Below are positions 25,401-37,255 of a stretch of 64,000 nt of DNA, piece after piece. Numbering within the stretch: position 1 is the stretch's first letter; every line of letters starts with the position of its first letter. Below the pieces are notes generated by a model. It was not told where the DNA came from. It saw nothing but the letters and a program-made list of their open reading frames with translations, and ran no database searches. The stretch lies in NCBI GenBank assembly GCA_030704615.1, contig CM060731.1, forward strand, positions 55,738,001 to 55,802,000, read 5' to 3'. Source of the stretch: Takakia lepidozioides. Taxonomy: Eukaryota > Plantae > Bryophyta. A program made the position numbers and the translations under genes.

Positions 25401-28400
25401 AACGCACACTGTTTGAGCTGAACATTTCAATGTTTAAGGTGCAAAATTTTGTCTTTGCTGTCTGTTATCTGAGGATGAAATGAACCCTTCCAAACCAGCT
25501 CAAACAGCGTGCGGCAACGCACACTGTTTGAGCAAACCTTTTCAATGTTTTAGGGTTCAAAATTTGGGCTTGATGTCTGTTATGTTAGGGTGAAATGAAC
25601 CCTTCACTGCCAGCTCAGACAGTGTTCGGCAACGCACTCTGTTTGAGCTGACATTCAATGTTTCAGGCTGCAAAATTTGGACTTCAGGGGCACCCTCTGA
25701 GGATGAGATGAATCCTTCACTGTCAGCCAAACAGTGTGCGGCAACGCACACTGTTTGAGCTGAGCATTTCAATGTTTCTGGGTGCAAAATTTGGACTTCA
25801 GGGGCACCTGTGTGAGGGTGAAATGAACCCTTCACTGCCAGCTCAGACAGTGTGCGGCAACGCACACTGTTTGAGCTGAACATTTCAATGTTCTAGGGTG
25901 CAAAATTTGGACTTCAGGGGCACGTCTCTGAGGATGAGATGAACCCTTCACTGTCAGCCCAAACAGTGTGCGGCAACGCACACTGTTTGAGCTGAGCACT
26001 TCAATGTTTCTTGGTGCAAAATTTGGACTTCAGGGGCACCTATCTCAGGATGAAATGAACACTGTGCTGCCAGCTCAAACAGTGTGCGGCAACGCACACT
26101 CTTTGAGCTGAACATTTCCTTGTTTTAGGGTGCAAAATTTGGTCTTGATGTCTGTTATGTGAGGGTGAAATGAACCCTTCACTGCCAGCTCAGACAGTGT
26201 GCGGCAACGCACACTGTTTGAGCTGAACATTTCAATGTTTAAGGGTGCAAAATTTGGTCTTTGCTGTCTGTTATCTGAGGATGAAATGAACCCTTCAAAA
26301 CCAGCTCAAACAGCGTGCGGCAACGCACACTGTTTGAGCAGACCTTTTCAATGTTTTAGGGTTCAAAATTTGGTCTTGATGTCTGTTATGTTAGGGTGAA
26401 ATGAACCCTTCACTGCCAGCTCAGACAGTGTGCGGCAACGCACTCTGTTTGAGCTGAACACTTCAATGTTTCAGGCTGCAAAATTTGGACTTCAGGGGCA
26501 CCCCTCTGAGGATGAGATGAATCCTTCACTGTCAGCCCAAACAGTGTGCGGCAACGCACACTGTTTGAGCTGAGCATTTCAATGTTTCTGGGTGCAAAAT
26601 TTGGACTTCAGGGGCACATTTCTGAGTATAAAATGAACCCTTCACTGTCAGCTCAAACAGTCTGCGGAACCGCACACTGTTTAGGCAGAACATATGAATA
26701 TTGAAGGGCGCAACTTTCGGCCCTCATGGGCAGATATTTGAGCAGAACTTTTCAATGTTCTTTCCCTGTGAAAATCGGGAACATAGTGCAGGTCCGTGAG
26801 GATCAATGAACACTTACCTGGCAGCTCAAAGAACACTTACCTTTTTATCCCACTTTTTCATGCATCGGTCGACGTTTCATTCCTCTCTTATAAGAATTTG
26901 AGTGAACAACCTTGCAGGAGAAAATGCAAAGTGTGGCGGATGAGGTCCCTCAGGGTCAGGGGAAGGAGACCATAGTTGATGTTGACGATGAGTTTTATGA
27001 AAGCAAAGCCGCTGAGATGCTGGGGGGTCAAAAGGTGAACTCTCAGCTTGTGGTTCAAAGTATGCTTGCTCCTGGTGGGAGGTTGAAGATTCCCCTGTGT
27101 AGGTTGGTTTCCATGCCCGTCGTTCGTCCACCCCTTGTCAAAGACATTCTCAAGCTGGAGGCCGAGTTTGTTCATGGGTATTTGGATGGATCCGCAGTCT
27201 TTTACGTTTCTACTAGGGATTCTAGAGGTAACGAGCTCCTTTTGGATGAGTCAATCGTCGACTCCTGGGACCCCATTTGGAGACAGGTGAACGAATCCTT
27301 CGAACTTCTTCTCTCCAGGAAACCTTCCACCCAAGTATTCTCGGGGAAGATGTTTCACGTTTGGGATGGCAACCACCGGTTGCTTGCATGGATGGCTGTC
27401 ATTGGGAGGCTGCACTCACAGGAGGAAGAGTGGCATTACTCTGTTCGATCGATGGTGCTTGATTGTGACGACAACATGATGGGTCTTCTGACGGCAATGA
27501 ATGATGTGAACAGGTTGGTTTCTCATTGTACATGTTGCACTTCTGGTTCCGTTCTTCCTTGATTCAAGTCCTTGAATTACATTCTGAAATTCAGATATCA
27601 TTCTGCAGAGGGACGGAGACATCGCATGTCAAAACGAGTCTGGTTCACACACTGTATAGGATACAAAGGATCGGGCAGATGCCCTTGACCAACTTCAAGA
27701 CCATCCTTTCGGCAGAGATGTATAAGAAATGCGAAAGCTCCAAGACTTCGGAAACATGGTACTCGTTGACCCGTGAGGCTTTCATGGAGTACATGTACAC
27801 GGTGAGATACATCTTCCTTCATCTGGCCTTTCCATATTCCTGCTTCCACATGTTTGTTTCTGTCTGTCTCCCTTGACCTTGGATTGATGCAACTCTCTTG
27901 CATTCCCTTGCAGCAAGACATTGCAGATGCAGGGGAGCGTGGCAAACTGGAATACTACAGCTCTACCCCTGAGGAGAGAAGGACAGCAAAGGGGGTTGAA
28001 AGTCACATCCAGAAGGAGATGAACGCTACAAGAAGGACAATAATGAGTGCTTTTGTGAAGCAGTTGAGAATGGCCGACCCATCATTCGGGCCGCAGTTTC
28101 TCCTGGAGATAAAAAACCATTATAACAAGCCAGGCAAGCCGGAGATGGCCCAGGAGAAGTTGCACAGGTTGTCTACCGCCGTCGTGTCTTCTGAACAGAA
28201 GGTGAAGTGGCTACAGATATGGAACTCCGATCCCACAGTTAGGGATACCCACATGTTCCCAAGGCCAGAGAAGGAGAAGAAGACCCAGCGTGTCGTTCCT
28301 GTCAGTGACAATGTGCTGGACACCTGGCTTCACAAGGCCACTTACTGGAGCCAGGTGTGATGTCCTCTCGTATCTCACTTTCTTTTCTCTTTTCCTGTCC

Positions 28401-30653
28401 TTCTCTTCCCATTGCCTCTTACATTCGCTGTGACTGTTTTTGGGTTCATTCTTCCATTTCAATTGTTTTGCAGTTGGAAGAAAGGGCCCGATCGGTTCTG
28501 CATACTCAGCTGGCTGACTATGGCATCACTATGACAGCTCCGAAGGTCTCCTTCGAAGCATACATGAGGAAATGGAGAGCCACAGTGTGGCACTCTGGTT
28601 TCTTTAGAGAGTTCAGCAAGGAGGGTGGCATCAGTCGAACAAATGAGCTTGACCAGCAGGAAAAAGGAGAGGAAGCCTGGAAACGATGCCTTTACAGGTG
28701 CACACCCTTGCACTCTTTGCTTGTGTTGTGGTTGCAATGTGTTGTGTGGCATACTGTTTAAGGGGGTCTTCCTGGTGTGTTGAAAAAGCTGGGACACAAT
28801 ATGTGCATTGGAAAATGAGGCTGTGTCTGTTCCTGCAGGTACATTAAGTTTGTTCTCTTGGAAGAGAATTGCTTGGACAAACATCCAGATTTCGTGGACC
28901 TTTGGCTTGTCCCTGCTGGCAACCAGACCATGTTCACTGCTGGGATCTTGCATGACTGGGGTCCAGACCATCTTTCTTCTTGTGGTTGGTATTTGGATTG
29001 CCCTCCTTCAGAGACCCCAGCTGTAGAGTTGTCTTTGAGGAGAGAGAATGACCGTATTGCAGCCACTGCCGCAGCAGCGGACCTCGACATTCATGAGCGT
29101 AATCTGAGGACTCTTGCAGAGAAGGAGCCTCCCGCTCAGGATACCCCGGGTAGAGGAAGAAAGGCAAAGGGAAAAGATGTTGCTGGTGTTGTGGGGAAGG
29201 GAAGGGGTAGAGGGAAGGTGGCACAAGGGCAGGGAAGTGTTGCAGCTATTGGCCCTGTGGAGCATGTCCAGCAGACTCCACCGCATGGTAGGGGATCCGG
29301 GAGAAAAAACAAGGGGGTGGTTGATCCCAAGGACCCGTACCATGCAGTGGAACATCCCACGAGGGTCATTCGTCCAACCAGGTTGGAGATTGCCAACGTC
29401 GGGTTCCTTGCAATGATGGAGTCGAAGAAATCTGATTACAAGGGCGAGCCATCACCAGTGTGGGAGAGGATTGTCGAGTTCCTCAGCACGGTGCGTGTTC
29501 TCTTTGGGTTCTGTGGCTTCTGCTCTCTTTGTCTGCTGTGGGCATGGATCGTTTATAAACTTGTCAGAATTCCATTGTATTTTTGTTTGCAGGCTAAAAT
29601 GACCAAATCGTGGGTGAACGGGAAGGAGAAGCCATATGCAGCGGAACTCATCATCTTGGACATCCCTGATGGGTTGGCAGTCCCGGATATCCCTCCATCG
29701 GGTGCTTGTCCGGGTTGGAATGCATTTGATGAGCGCTACTGGCGGTGGGTTTTTTCCTTTTGCAACTTCTTCCTTTCCGATGCAGGTGTTTTGGTTCTCA
29801 TCCAGTCCATCGATGTTCGGTGTCGCCGTGCCCTTGCCAGCTATTTGAAAGCCTCGGGCATGAGAGTCGTGAAGACATGGAATTGTGTGAACAGCATGTA
29901 CCTTACGAAGGGGGATCGTCCGGGAGAGATGGTGAGTTTCCCTTCTTCTTCCTCTTCTTTTTTGTTCTGGGATTGTGTTGTATAGGTCGCTCCAACTCAT
30001 ATGTAGGGGCCCGATTTTATTTTGGTTCTTAGTTCCTTGTGGATGTCATGTTCGCAGACTCGTCTGTTTGAAGCTGTTTGTCTCGTCCGGGTGCATCCAC
30101 CAACGACTCCGGCCGGCATTACGGAGTTTGCCATCACTCACGGGGGCAAGTTCATAGATGACAGGACAGATCCTCCCACGGATGACATGCATCACAACTA
30201 CGTCGACAGCAACGTGTGCTTGCGAAGGGGGAATGGGGTTCCTTGGAGAGGGGCGAGGGAGAGGAGCCCGGCTTTCATTCAAACGATTGTGGAGTGCTGC
30301 ACCTACACAGACGCCAGAGTTCTGGATTTGTCGATGGGCACAGGTTCGTCTCTTCAACATTCACATTTCATGAGGTTTGATTGAGCTTGCACTTTCAGCA
30401 CTTTCCACCGTTCCGAATGTGTCTTCAATGTCTGCTTACTTCATTCTATTCCACTGCAGGTGCTTCGTACCACGCTTGCAAGGCCAGTGCGCGACATGTC
30501 TTTGGGATTGAAGGGGATGCTGAGATTTACAAGAACCTCCTGATGGGTTTGGGTGGACACACTTCTCAGGTCCTTCCGAAGCCCCGTCCCGCTGATACTG
30601 GTACAGAGGAGACTTCTGACAAGGAGCTGGACTCCGACTTTGCCTGTGAGTAA
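22486..30653 (+). CDS. ParB/Srx-like domain fused to beta-class (PF01555-like) DNA amino-methyltransferase fold, family B; 9 predicted exons
   Basis: Predicted GT-AG exons: 22486-22638, 26918-27513, 27609-27801, 27914-28354, 28474-28697, 28839-29490, 29593-29931, 30058-30343, 30460-30653. Motifs: VWDGNHRLLAW; LIILDIPDG (motif IV position); ERSPAFIQTIVE..VLDLSMGTG-ASYHACKASARHVFGIE (motifs X-I-II). Confidence 0.8.
22715..26700. repeat. Family B tandem array, ~34 x 116-bp units, each with palindrome CAGCTCAAACAGTGTGCG-GCAA-CGCACACTGTTTGAGCTG
   Basis: GCAACGCA at 23081, 23197, 23313, 23429, 23545, 23661 and onward (exact 116-bp period). Confidence 0.97.
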
Positions 30654-31291
30654 GTTGAACCTGTGCATGCTTGCATTGTTGTTTCAATATCGAGAATCGC
30701 TGTTCTTGAGGCAAAGTGCACATGGGAGACATCCTCTTCGTTGGACTTGTGCATTGCATCATTGTGTTAAAAATGGGATTTTGTGGACATGTGTAGGAGT
30801 CCGCGTGCTTCCACTTGCCCTCCTGGGCTATCACACCTATTTGGACTTGTTTTCAGTCCTCCTCGGTCTTGTGTGCTACCTGTCTATGCGGAGGCACTCG
30901 CAGCAAGCATGTCCGTTCATGGCACTCAGAGTCCACCTTGCGATGGCCTTCGTAGAACACGTGGTGTTGGGGCCAGAATCTTTGTAGATGACATAGCACA
31001 GGAGGTGGACATTGATTGTGATGACTGCGACACTTGATATGAAGTATTCTTTTGGTTTAATTCTGGGACAAATTTGAAATGGGATGGTTGTGTGTCCTTA
31101 TTGTCCTCTTTGCAATGTGTGCATGGAATTCACATTCATGGTTCCAAACTATTGTTGGAGATGGGGGTTGCATGGACTGCCCGGATTGTTCCTTCAATAT
31201 ATTTGTTGTTTTGTGGACCTCACAGACTTGAGTACATTGCAAAAACAAACAAACCACTTTGTTCTCAATTCTCAATTCTCCCCACATCAAC

Positions 31292-31345
31292 CCGCGGAAA
31301 TAGGTGACACCACTCGGAAATAGGTGACATCCGCGGAAATAGGCA
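31292..31345. repeat. Three ~20-bp subterminal repeats (CGGAAATAGGTGACA)
   Basis: Directly visible just inside the right end of element B. Confidence 0.8.
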
Positions 31346-31440
31346 CTGTTTGCATGCTGACGTGGCGTGAGCCTGTGCTGGGCTCACGCTTTCCTGGGCT
31401 CACAGGCTCACGCCTCCAGGCTCACGGAATAGCACCCCCC

Positions 31441-31820
31441 GAAATGCGGTACCGCATTTCCATTCACATTGAAAATCATGAACCAGGGGAACTGAAATGT
31501 TGTGCCTCATTCCCGTCCGAATCGCACCTTTTGACATTCCAGAACGGAAATGCGGCGCCGCAGTTCCCTTTTGTATCTCATACATGGAGCTGTGGGACGG
31601 AAATGCGGCACCGTATTTCCGTTCAACAACTAAGGTATGTGAAGGTGGAACGGAAATGCGGTGCCGCATTTTCTTCCAACAAGTACGGATGTGTAGCTTC
31701 GTGATGGTACTTAACGGAAATGCGGCGCCGCATTCGCATTTTCGCTCCAACTCATCAGACGCTGGGACGGAAATGCCTTGAAATGTGAACACGTGGAGCA
31801 ACGGAATTGCTGCACATGTC
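31441..31820. repeat. Family A palindrome array, right part (copy A2)
   Basis: Continues the array interrupted at 9518. Colinear with 2122-2420. Confidence 0.92.
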
Positions 31821-32173
31821 GGCACTCTATCTGACTGAAGGGGCATGAGGCGGCGCGGCCTGACCGTTGGATAATGATGTTTGTTTTTCGGACGGCAGGC
31901 GTACCCTGAACGATTCGAATTTTGTAATGACGCAAAGTCCACGAGGAGACACTTTCGTCCAACCCTTTCGAACCCAAGTGGTGCATCACCGCCGTTTCAT
32001 CTACTTTTGTCGTGTCTCCTCAGTCACCTCTCTCGCGCCCTTTCCATCTGCACTCTTTGCCCCTTTTCCCTCTCTCTGTTCTTCTTATGCTCGAACCTGA
32101 GAGGGTGGGAGTTCGTGCACCAGACAGGAGACCTCGTCGCAAGCTCCGGAAATTATACTTCGGACGTAGGCCA

Positions 32174-35100
32174 ATGCCGAAGGGGAGGAAGCAGATGCGT
32201 CTACAGGAGGAGATTGCCATCTCCGTGCAGCAGGCCACTCAGGCAACCCAGCCACCAGTGAGAGCTCCATGCGATCGGGCTGCGCGCAGCTGATCGAGCA
32301 CCGAACCCCCCATTTTGCTTCTGTAATTCTTAGACTGAATGCTAGGAGACTTGAATGCAGAACATGTTTGCATGCCTAACAGGAAAGGTGGACGTGCTGG
32401 AGGGATCGCAGGAATCCGAAGAGCCGCAGGAAGAGTCCGAGGAGCTAGCTGCAGCATGTACACCCACCCGATCCCCGAGCGCGGGTATTCCTGCCGGGCC
32501 TAGCCCTATGCGATTCAAAGACGCGGCTTCGAAGGGCAAGTTCAAAGCCCCAAAGATCGACTCGCGTTCTTCGGTCATGGAGAATCGCCAGCAGGGGTCG
32601 GGCCCTTCTCCAGCAAAGTCGAAGAAGAAGCAGCCCGTCCCTCTACTGGCTTCTGAACCGGCTCAGGCCGATTCACCCCCCCCCCACGCAAATGAAGCAG
32701 CAGGGTAAAAGACAGATTCAATTGCAGCAGACACCTTCACCTGCAAGGATGAGGAAGCAGAAGGCAATCAGGGCGACGGCCGAACAATCTCCCGCAAAAC
32801 CGCTTCCACGAGCTGAAGCTCAGTTCCTGGAGGATTTCCCGCCTTCAGATGTTGGGGCCGACTCTGCTGCAGCGAAGGCAATGGGATCGACCGTTGATCT
32901 CGATTTGGTACCGGAGGAGGGTGCTGCCGCTCAACGTTTGCAGCAAGACCTCACCACCGATGAGCAAGCAGGCCCGGAGGAGGCCTCTGCAATGGCAGAA
33001 TTGCCCGCAGACAGGCCCCAGAGTGCAGCTCCAGTTGAGGATGCTCCAGCTGCTCAGCCACTACCGGCACCTACAGACATGTCTCCGGAGGATTTCAAAA
33101 GTGCAGCGGATAAAATGTTGGAGGAGACACACAATAGCATTGGCAGAGTTCTGGGCAGCAGGGTATTCCAGCGGACTCTTTGAATCCCACTCTGTCGCAT
33201 GGTCTCCCTTCCCATCGTCAGGCAGGCCCTTCCCGGAGATGTGGATAAGCTGAAGTTCGCATTTCGAGAAGGGTACCGTCTGGGATCGGCAGCATTTTAC
33301 GTTTCCATTGAGAATGAGGACGGCGAAACTCGTGGACCCACTGCCGATGAATTGTCAACGTGGGATACCCACTGGCACACTCGCAACGACGAATTCGAGG
33401 CGACGCTGAAGGGTGATCCAGACTTCGGCCATATGTCTGGTAAAATGTTCTTTGTGTGGGACGGGAATCACCGACTTCTTGCCTGGTGGGAGTACATCAA
33501 GCAGAACCATGCCAAGCACATTGGCTGGCATTACATGGTGGAGTGTGTCATCCTGAAGGTGAAGGCGGTAGACTCCTCCCTGCTCAAGAATGCCATGGCG
33601 GACCTCAACTCGTAAGATACTCATACCCTCCCTAGCACGTTCGAAATGCGGTGCCGCATTTTGGTTTCCATTCTGGTTTGTTTCCGTGCTTCTGTGTACT
33701 GAACTGGAGAGTGTGCCTTGCAGGGTCACTGAGAATGCGTACGTGCATACCCACATGGCACATATGCTGTACAGGGTGAGGAAAACTGGTCTCATTGATC
33801 CGCAGATGTTTGCGGAAATGCTGGAGCCCGAGCTCATTCAGAAAGCCGTTGCAAAAACAGACCGGACATGGTATCGTCTCACTATGGATGGAATGGTGGA
33901 GGTGATGTACGAAGTAAGTCGTCCTCCAATTTCCCTCTACTCATCCTTCCCCAATTTCCAGTAATCTTTCCACATGAATCGAATGTAACGCTTCTGCATG
34001 TTTTTGTTGGCAGTCAAACATCAAGCTGGATTTGGCCCATGCCAAACGCTTCTTCATGGAAAGTGAGGGGCAGGTCAAAACGTTGCAGTCATTGACCGAG
34101 CACTTGAAGGAAGCCGGTGTCAAGTCCAGAACCAAATACAAGTCAAAGCTTGTGAAGCTGGTGGCAATTGCAGATCCGGCACTTGGAAAGGACTTCATCC
34201 CCGAGATTGCAAAACACTATTCTCGGGCCATGCAGCCGACCATGCAATTGGAGAAACTGCATCACCTCTCAACGGCATGTGTGGAGGCGAAAGAGAAGGT
34301 GAGGTTTCAATGCACTAAAGTTCCTTCCTAGCAATAGCCACTCTCTTCCAGCTCCTGACATTGGATCGGAAATGGCAGACACGGTGGCTGTCGATCTGGA
34401 ATGCATCCGAGAGCATAAGGACAATGTGGTCTTTCCCACTGGAAGTTTCCGACCCTGCAGTGGATGTGTGGCTCAACCGTATGACTTGGTGGTTCCAGGT
34501 AATTCAAGGTACTTCCCTAGTTTTGCTTTTCTGAAATGAATTCCCTGAACTGCTACGTGACAATGCATTTGGGAATCGCAGGTAATGTCGAATGCGAAGG
34601 AGCCAGTCGTAATGCACACAAATTTGTTTGGCTTGTACGTCAAATGGGATGGAACACAGACATTGGAAGACTACGTGACACGTTTCAGATGTGCGTACAA
34701 GGACAACCTTTTCGCCATAGAGCTACAGACAGCAAGAAGGAGTGTGGAGTTTACACATCAGGAGGGAGCGGGGAAAGCTGCGATGCAAATTGTTTACAGG
34801 TGAAGCACAGCTGCCCTTGTATGCGAAGCCTGGTTACGAGGTTTGTCTCGGAAATGCGGCACCGCATTCGCATTTTATGTTTTCGGTGGCACTCTGCGAG
34901 TAGGTTGGTCTCAACTTTTGCTCACGCATGCTGACTGCCTTGCAGGTATATGAAATACGTGCTCCTTCAGACAGGGGCCCTGGCTCAAGAGCCCCCGTTC
35001 TTCATGGCTTGGACCCGTGGCGGGCCCAAGCTGTGTCTACACACCCGAGATGCAGAAACAATGGCATCCCGCGCATCTCGTTGGATGCCCGTGGTACCTG

Positions 35101-36719
35101 GACATGTCTGGCGGTATTGTTGACGAGTCTGAGAAAGATCTGCACGCCTTGGCAGAAGAGAAGAGAAAGGAAAGACGTGTCCCTGCTGGGCCAAAGTCGG
35201 CAAAGGAATCTGCTGCTCTGGAAGAATCCAGAAAGGCAGCTGAGATGGCACAAAAGACGGTGGATGCAGCTGTGCAGGCCCAACAGAAGGGGTCGAAGAA
35301 GAGGACTCGCCAGCAAGGAGCAGCTGTTGTGACACCCGCCAAAACGAAGAAGCAGAAACAGCCTGTTCAGGAAGAGGGTGAGGAAGAGGACTCCGATGGA
35401 GACTTTGCAACCAGCCCACCCCCCAAACGCAGGCTGCCTCCCCTGTGCCCACCGTTGTCACGAGAGGCACGAGAACTGGCTCGGCAAAGAAGGCACTCTT
35501 CAACCCCCCAGGGGGGCACCCTTTCGAGCCGGTGGAAATGAAGAGGCCGAAAGTGGCTCCCGAAACAGTAGTCCAGTGTGTAAATGAGAGTTTCTTGGCG
35601 GCTTTGGATGGACGGGCAGCCAAGTTGGCATACATGAAGACCATGGAGGGTCTGAAGGGCAGAGCACTGAAGAAGGCGACTGCCGAAGAGCCTTCCGACA
35701 CCCCAGGATTTCAGAATATGGTCTCGTTCTTTGAGAGGGTGTGTGCAGACAAGGATTGTAGGAGGGGCGGAAATGCCACCGAGTGGTCTTGCGATATGAT
35801 CATCTTGGATATTCCGGACGGAGAGCCTGTGGAAGGACTGCAAGCTTTGCCATCTTGGAACAGGTACTCGGAGGACTTTTGGAAGAAAGGATTCGGGCTT
35901 GCCCGCATGGTGTTGGACGACAGAGGCTGTGTGGTTGTCCTGGCGAGCAGAGGAAAAAAACACTCAGACAGGAATTGCGAAGTGGACCCGCAAGAGCGCC
36001 GTCCCGATTCTGAAAAAGAAGTGGACGTGCATCAACACACTGGGCCTTCGGTCGGAAGGGAAGAAGGTGATTACGACACTGGCACTCGTCCATTCATTTG
36101 CTTGGGTGTTTTCAAATGCGGTGCCGCATTCGGTTTCTAATCGTCCCCCCCTGTGTATGCAGACGAAGCAGTTTGATGCATACTGCTTTGTGAAGGAGAA
36201 CTCCACCTTTGCTTTCCGGAAGGAGGGAGGAAAGGTTGACCCGAACTGCGACCCCCTCGATTACGACGTTCTGTTCAACAACGTTCCCAAGGAACTTCTC
36301 CCTCATAGCCTCACTTCAACGGAACCCCTGCGGTACTCACGGACTCGGAGCCCTGCCTTCATTCAGACAATTATGGAGACATGCACAGACGTGGAGGGCA
36401 CAGTGCTCGACCTCATCTGTGGGACAGGTATGCAGAATCTTGATCTATGCTGTTCTGCAAATTCTCGTTAGGATGTAGTTCGCAACATCTGAAGCGCCAT
36501 GTGGTTGGCATTGTAACAGGTGCCTCAATGTGGGCTGGGCGGTTTTCCGACCGGCACCTCTTTGCCTACGAGGAGGATTCATCCGTGTGGGGATCCCATC
36601 TGGAAGGGCTGCAACGGAATGTTAAGGCTCCCGACAGAGCAGAAGTCTCCTCGGATTTGTCGGAGTCCGAGGAAGACACAGTGGACATTGATGCGGAGGA
36701 GAACCCGGAATACGAGTGA
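32174..36719 (+). pseudogene. ParB-like/MTase fusion gene, family A (multi-exon, several frameshifts)
   Basis: FFVWDGNHRLLAW (33199-33612), MIILDIPDG (~35800), RSPAFIQTIMETC..VLDLICGTG-ASMWAGRFSDRHLFAYE. Intron positions resemble the family B gene. Apparent frameshifts near 32690, 33180, 35430 and 35960, some at homopolymers. Confidence 0.8.
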
Positions 36720-36755
36720 GTGCAAACATTGTAAGTTTGCAAAGCCTTCTGGGTC

Positions 36756-37255
36756 NNNNNNNNNNNNNNNNNNNNNNNNNNNNNNNNNNNNNNNNNNNNN
36801 NNNNNNNNNNNNNNNNNNNNNNNNNNNNNNNNNNNNNNNNNNNNNNNNNNNNNNNNNNNNNNNNNNNNNNNNNNNNNNNNNNNNNNNNNNNNNNNNNNNN
36901 NNNNNNNNNNNNNNNNNNNNNNNNNNNNNNNNNNNNNNNNNNNNNNNNNNNNNNNNNNNNNNNNNNNNNNNNNNNNNNNNNNNNNNNNNNNNNNNNNNNN
37001 NNNNNNNNNNNNNNNNNNNNNNNNNNNNNNNNNNNNNNNNNNNNNNNNNNNNNNNNNNNNNNNNNNNNNNNNNNNNNNNNNNNNNNNNNNNNNNNNNNNN
37101 NNNNNNNNNNNNNNNNNNNNNNNNNNNNNNNNNNNNNNNNNNNNNNNNNNNNNNNNNNNNNNNNNNNNNNNNNNNNNNNNNNNNNNNNNNNNNNNNNNNN
37201 NNNNNNNNNNNNNNNNNNNNNNNNNNNNNNNNNNNNNNNNNNNNNNNNNNNNNNN
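36756..37255. other. Assembly gap (500 N)
   Basis: Run of N. Confidence 1.

Larger units (their letters stand above)
9519..31440. mobile_element. Mutator-like element family B, complete (about 14 kb plus a 7.9-kb nested LTR element)
   Basis: Flanked by 9-bp direct repeat GAAATGCGG (9510-9518 and 31441-31449). Removing it restores the array seen in A1 at 2105-2190. Degenerate termini CAGCGTAGCTACGGCGTGAGCC and (rc) GGGGGGTGCTATTCCGTGAGCC with GTGAGC subterminal repeats. Confidence 0.9.
3515..36755. mobile_element. Mutator-like element family A, copy A2 (right end in or beyond gap; contains element B)
   Basis: Starts GAGGTTTACTATTTCATGAGC followed by ATGAGC subterminal repeats (3529-3610), resembling the element B termini. 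Carries transposase, array and ParB-MTase gene. Confidence 0.8.

Noticed and set aside
22715-26700. Centromeric satellite
   Set aside because: Only ~4 kb and contained within a TSD-bounded transposon; centromere function cannot be supported from sequence.
26918-36719. Bacterial or phage contamination as the source of the ParB/MTase genes
   Set aside because: The genes have multiple spliceosomal GT-AG introns and lie inside plant transposons nested with an LTR element.
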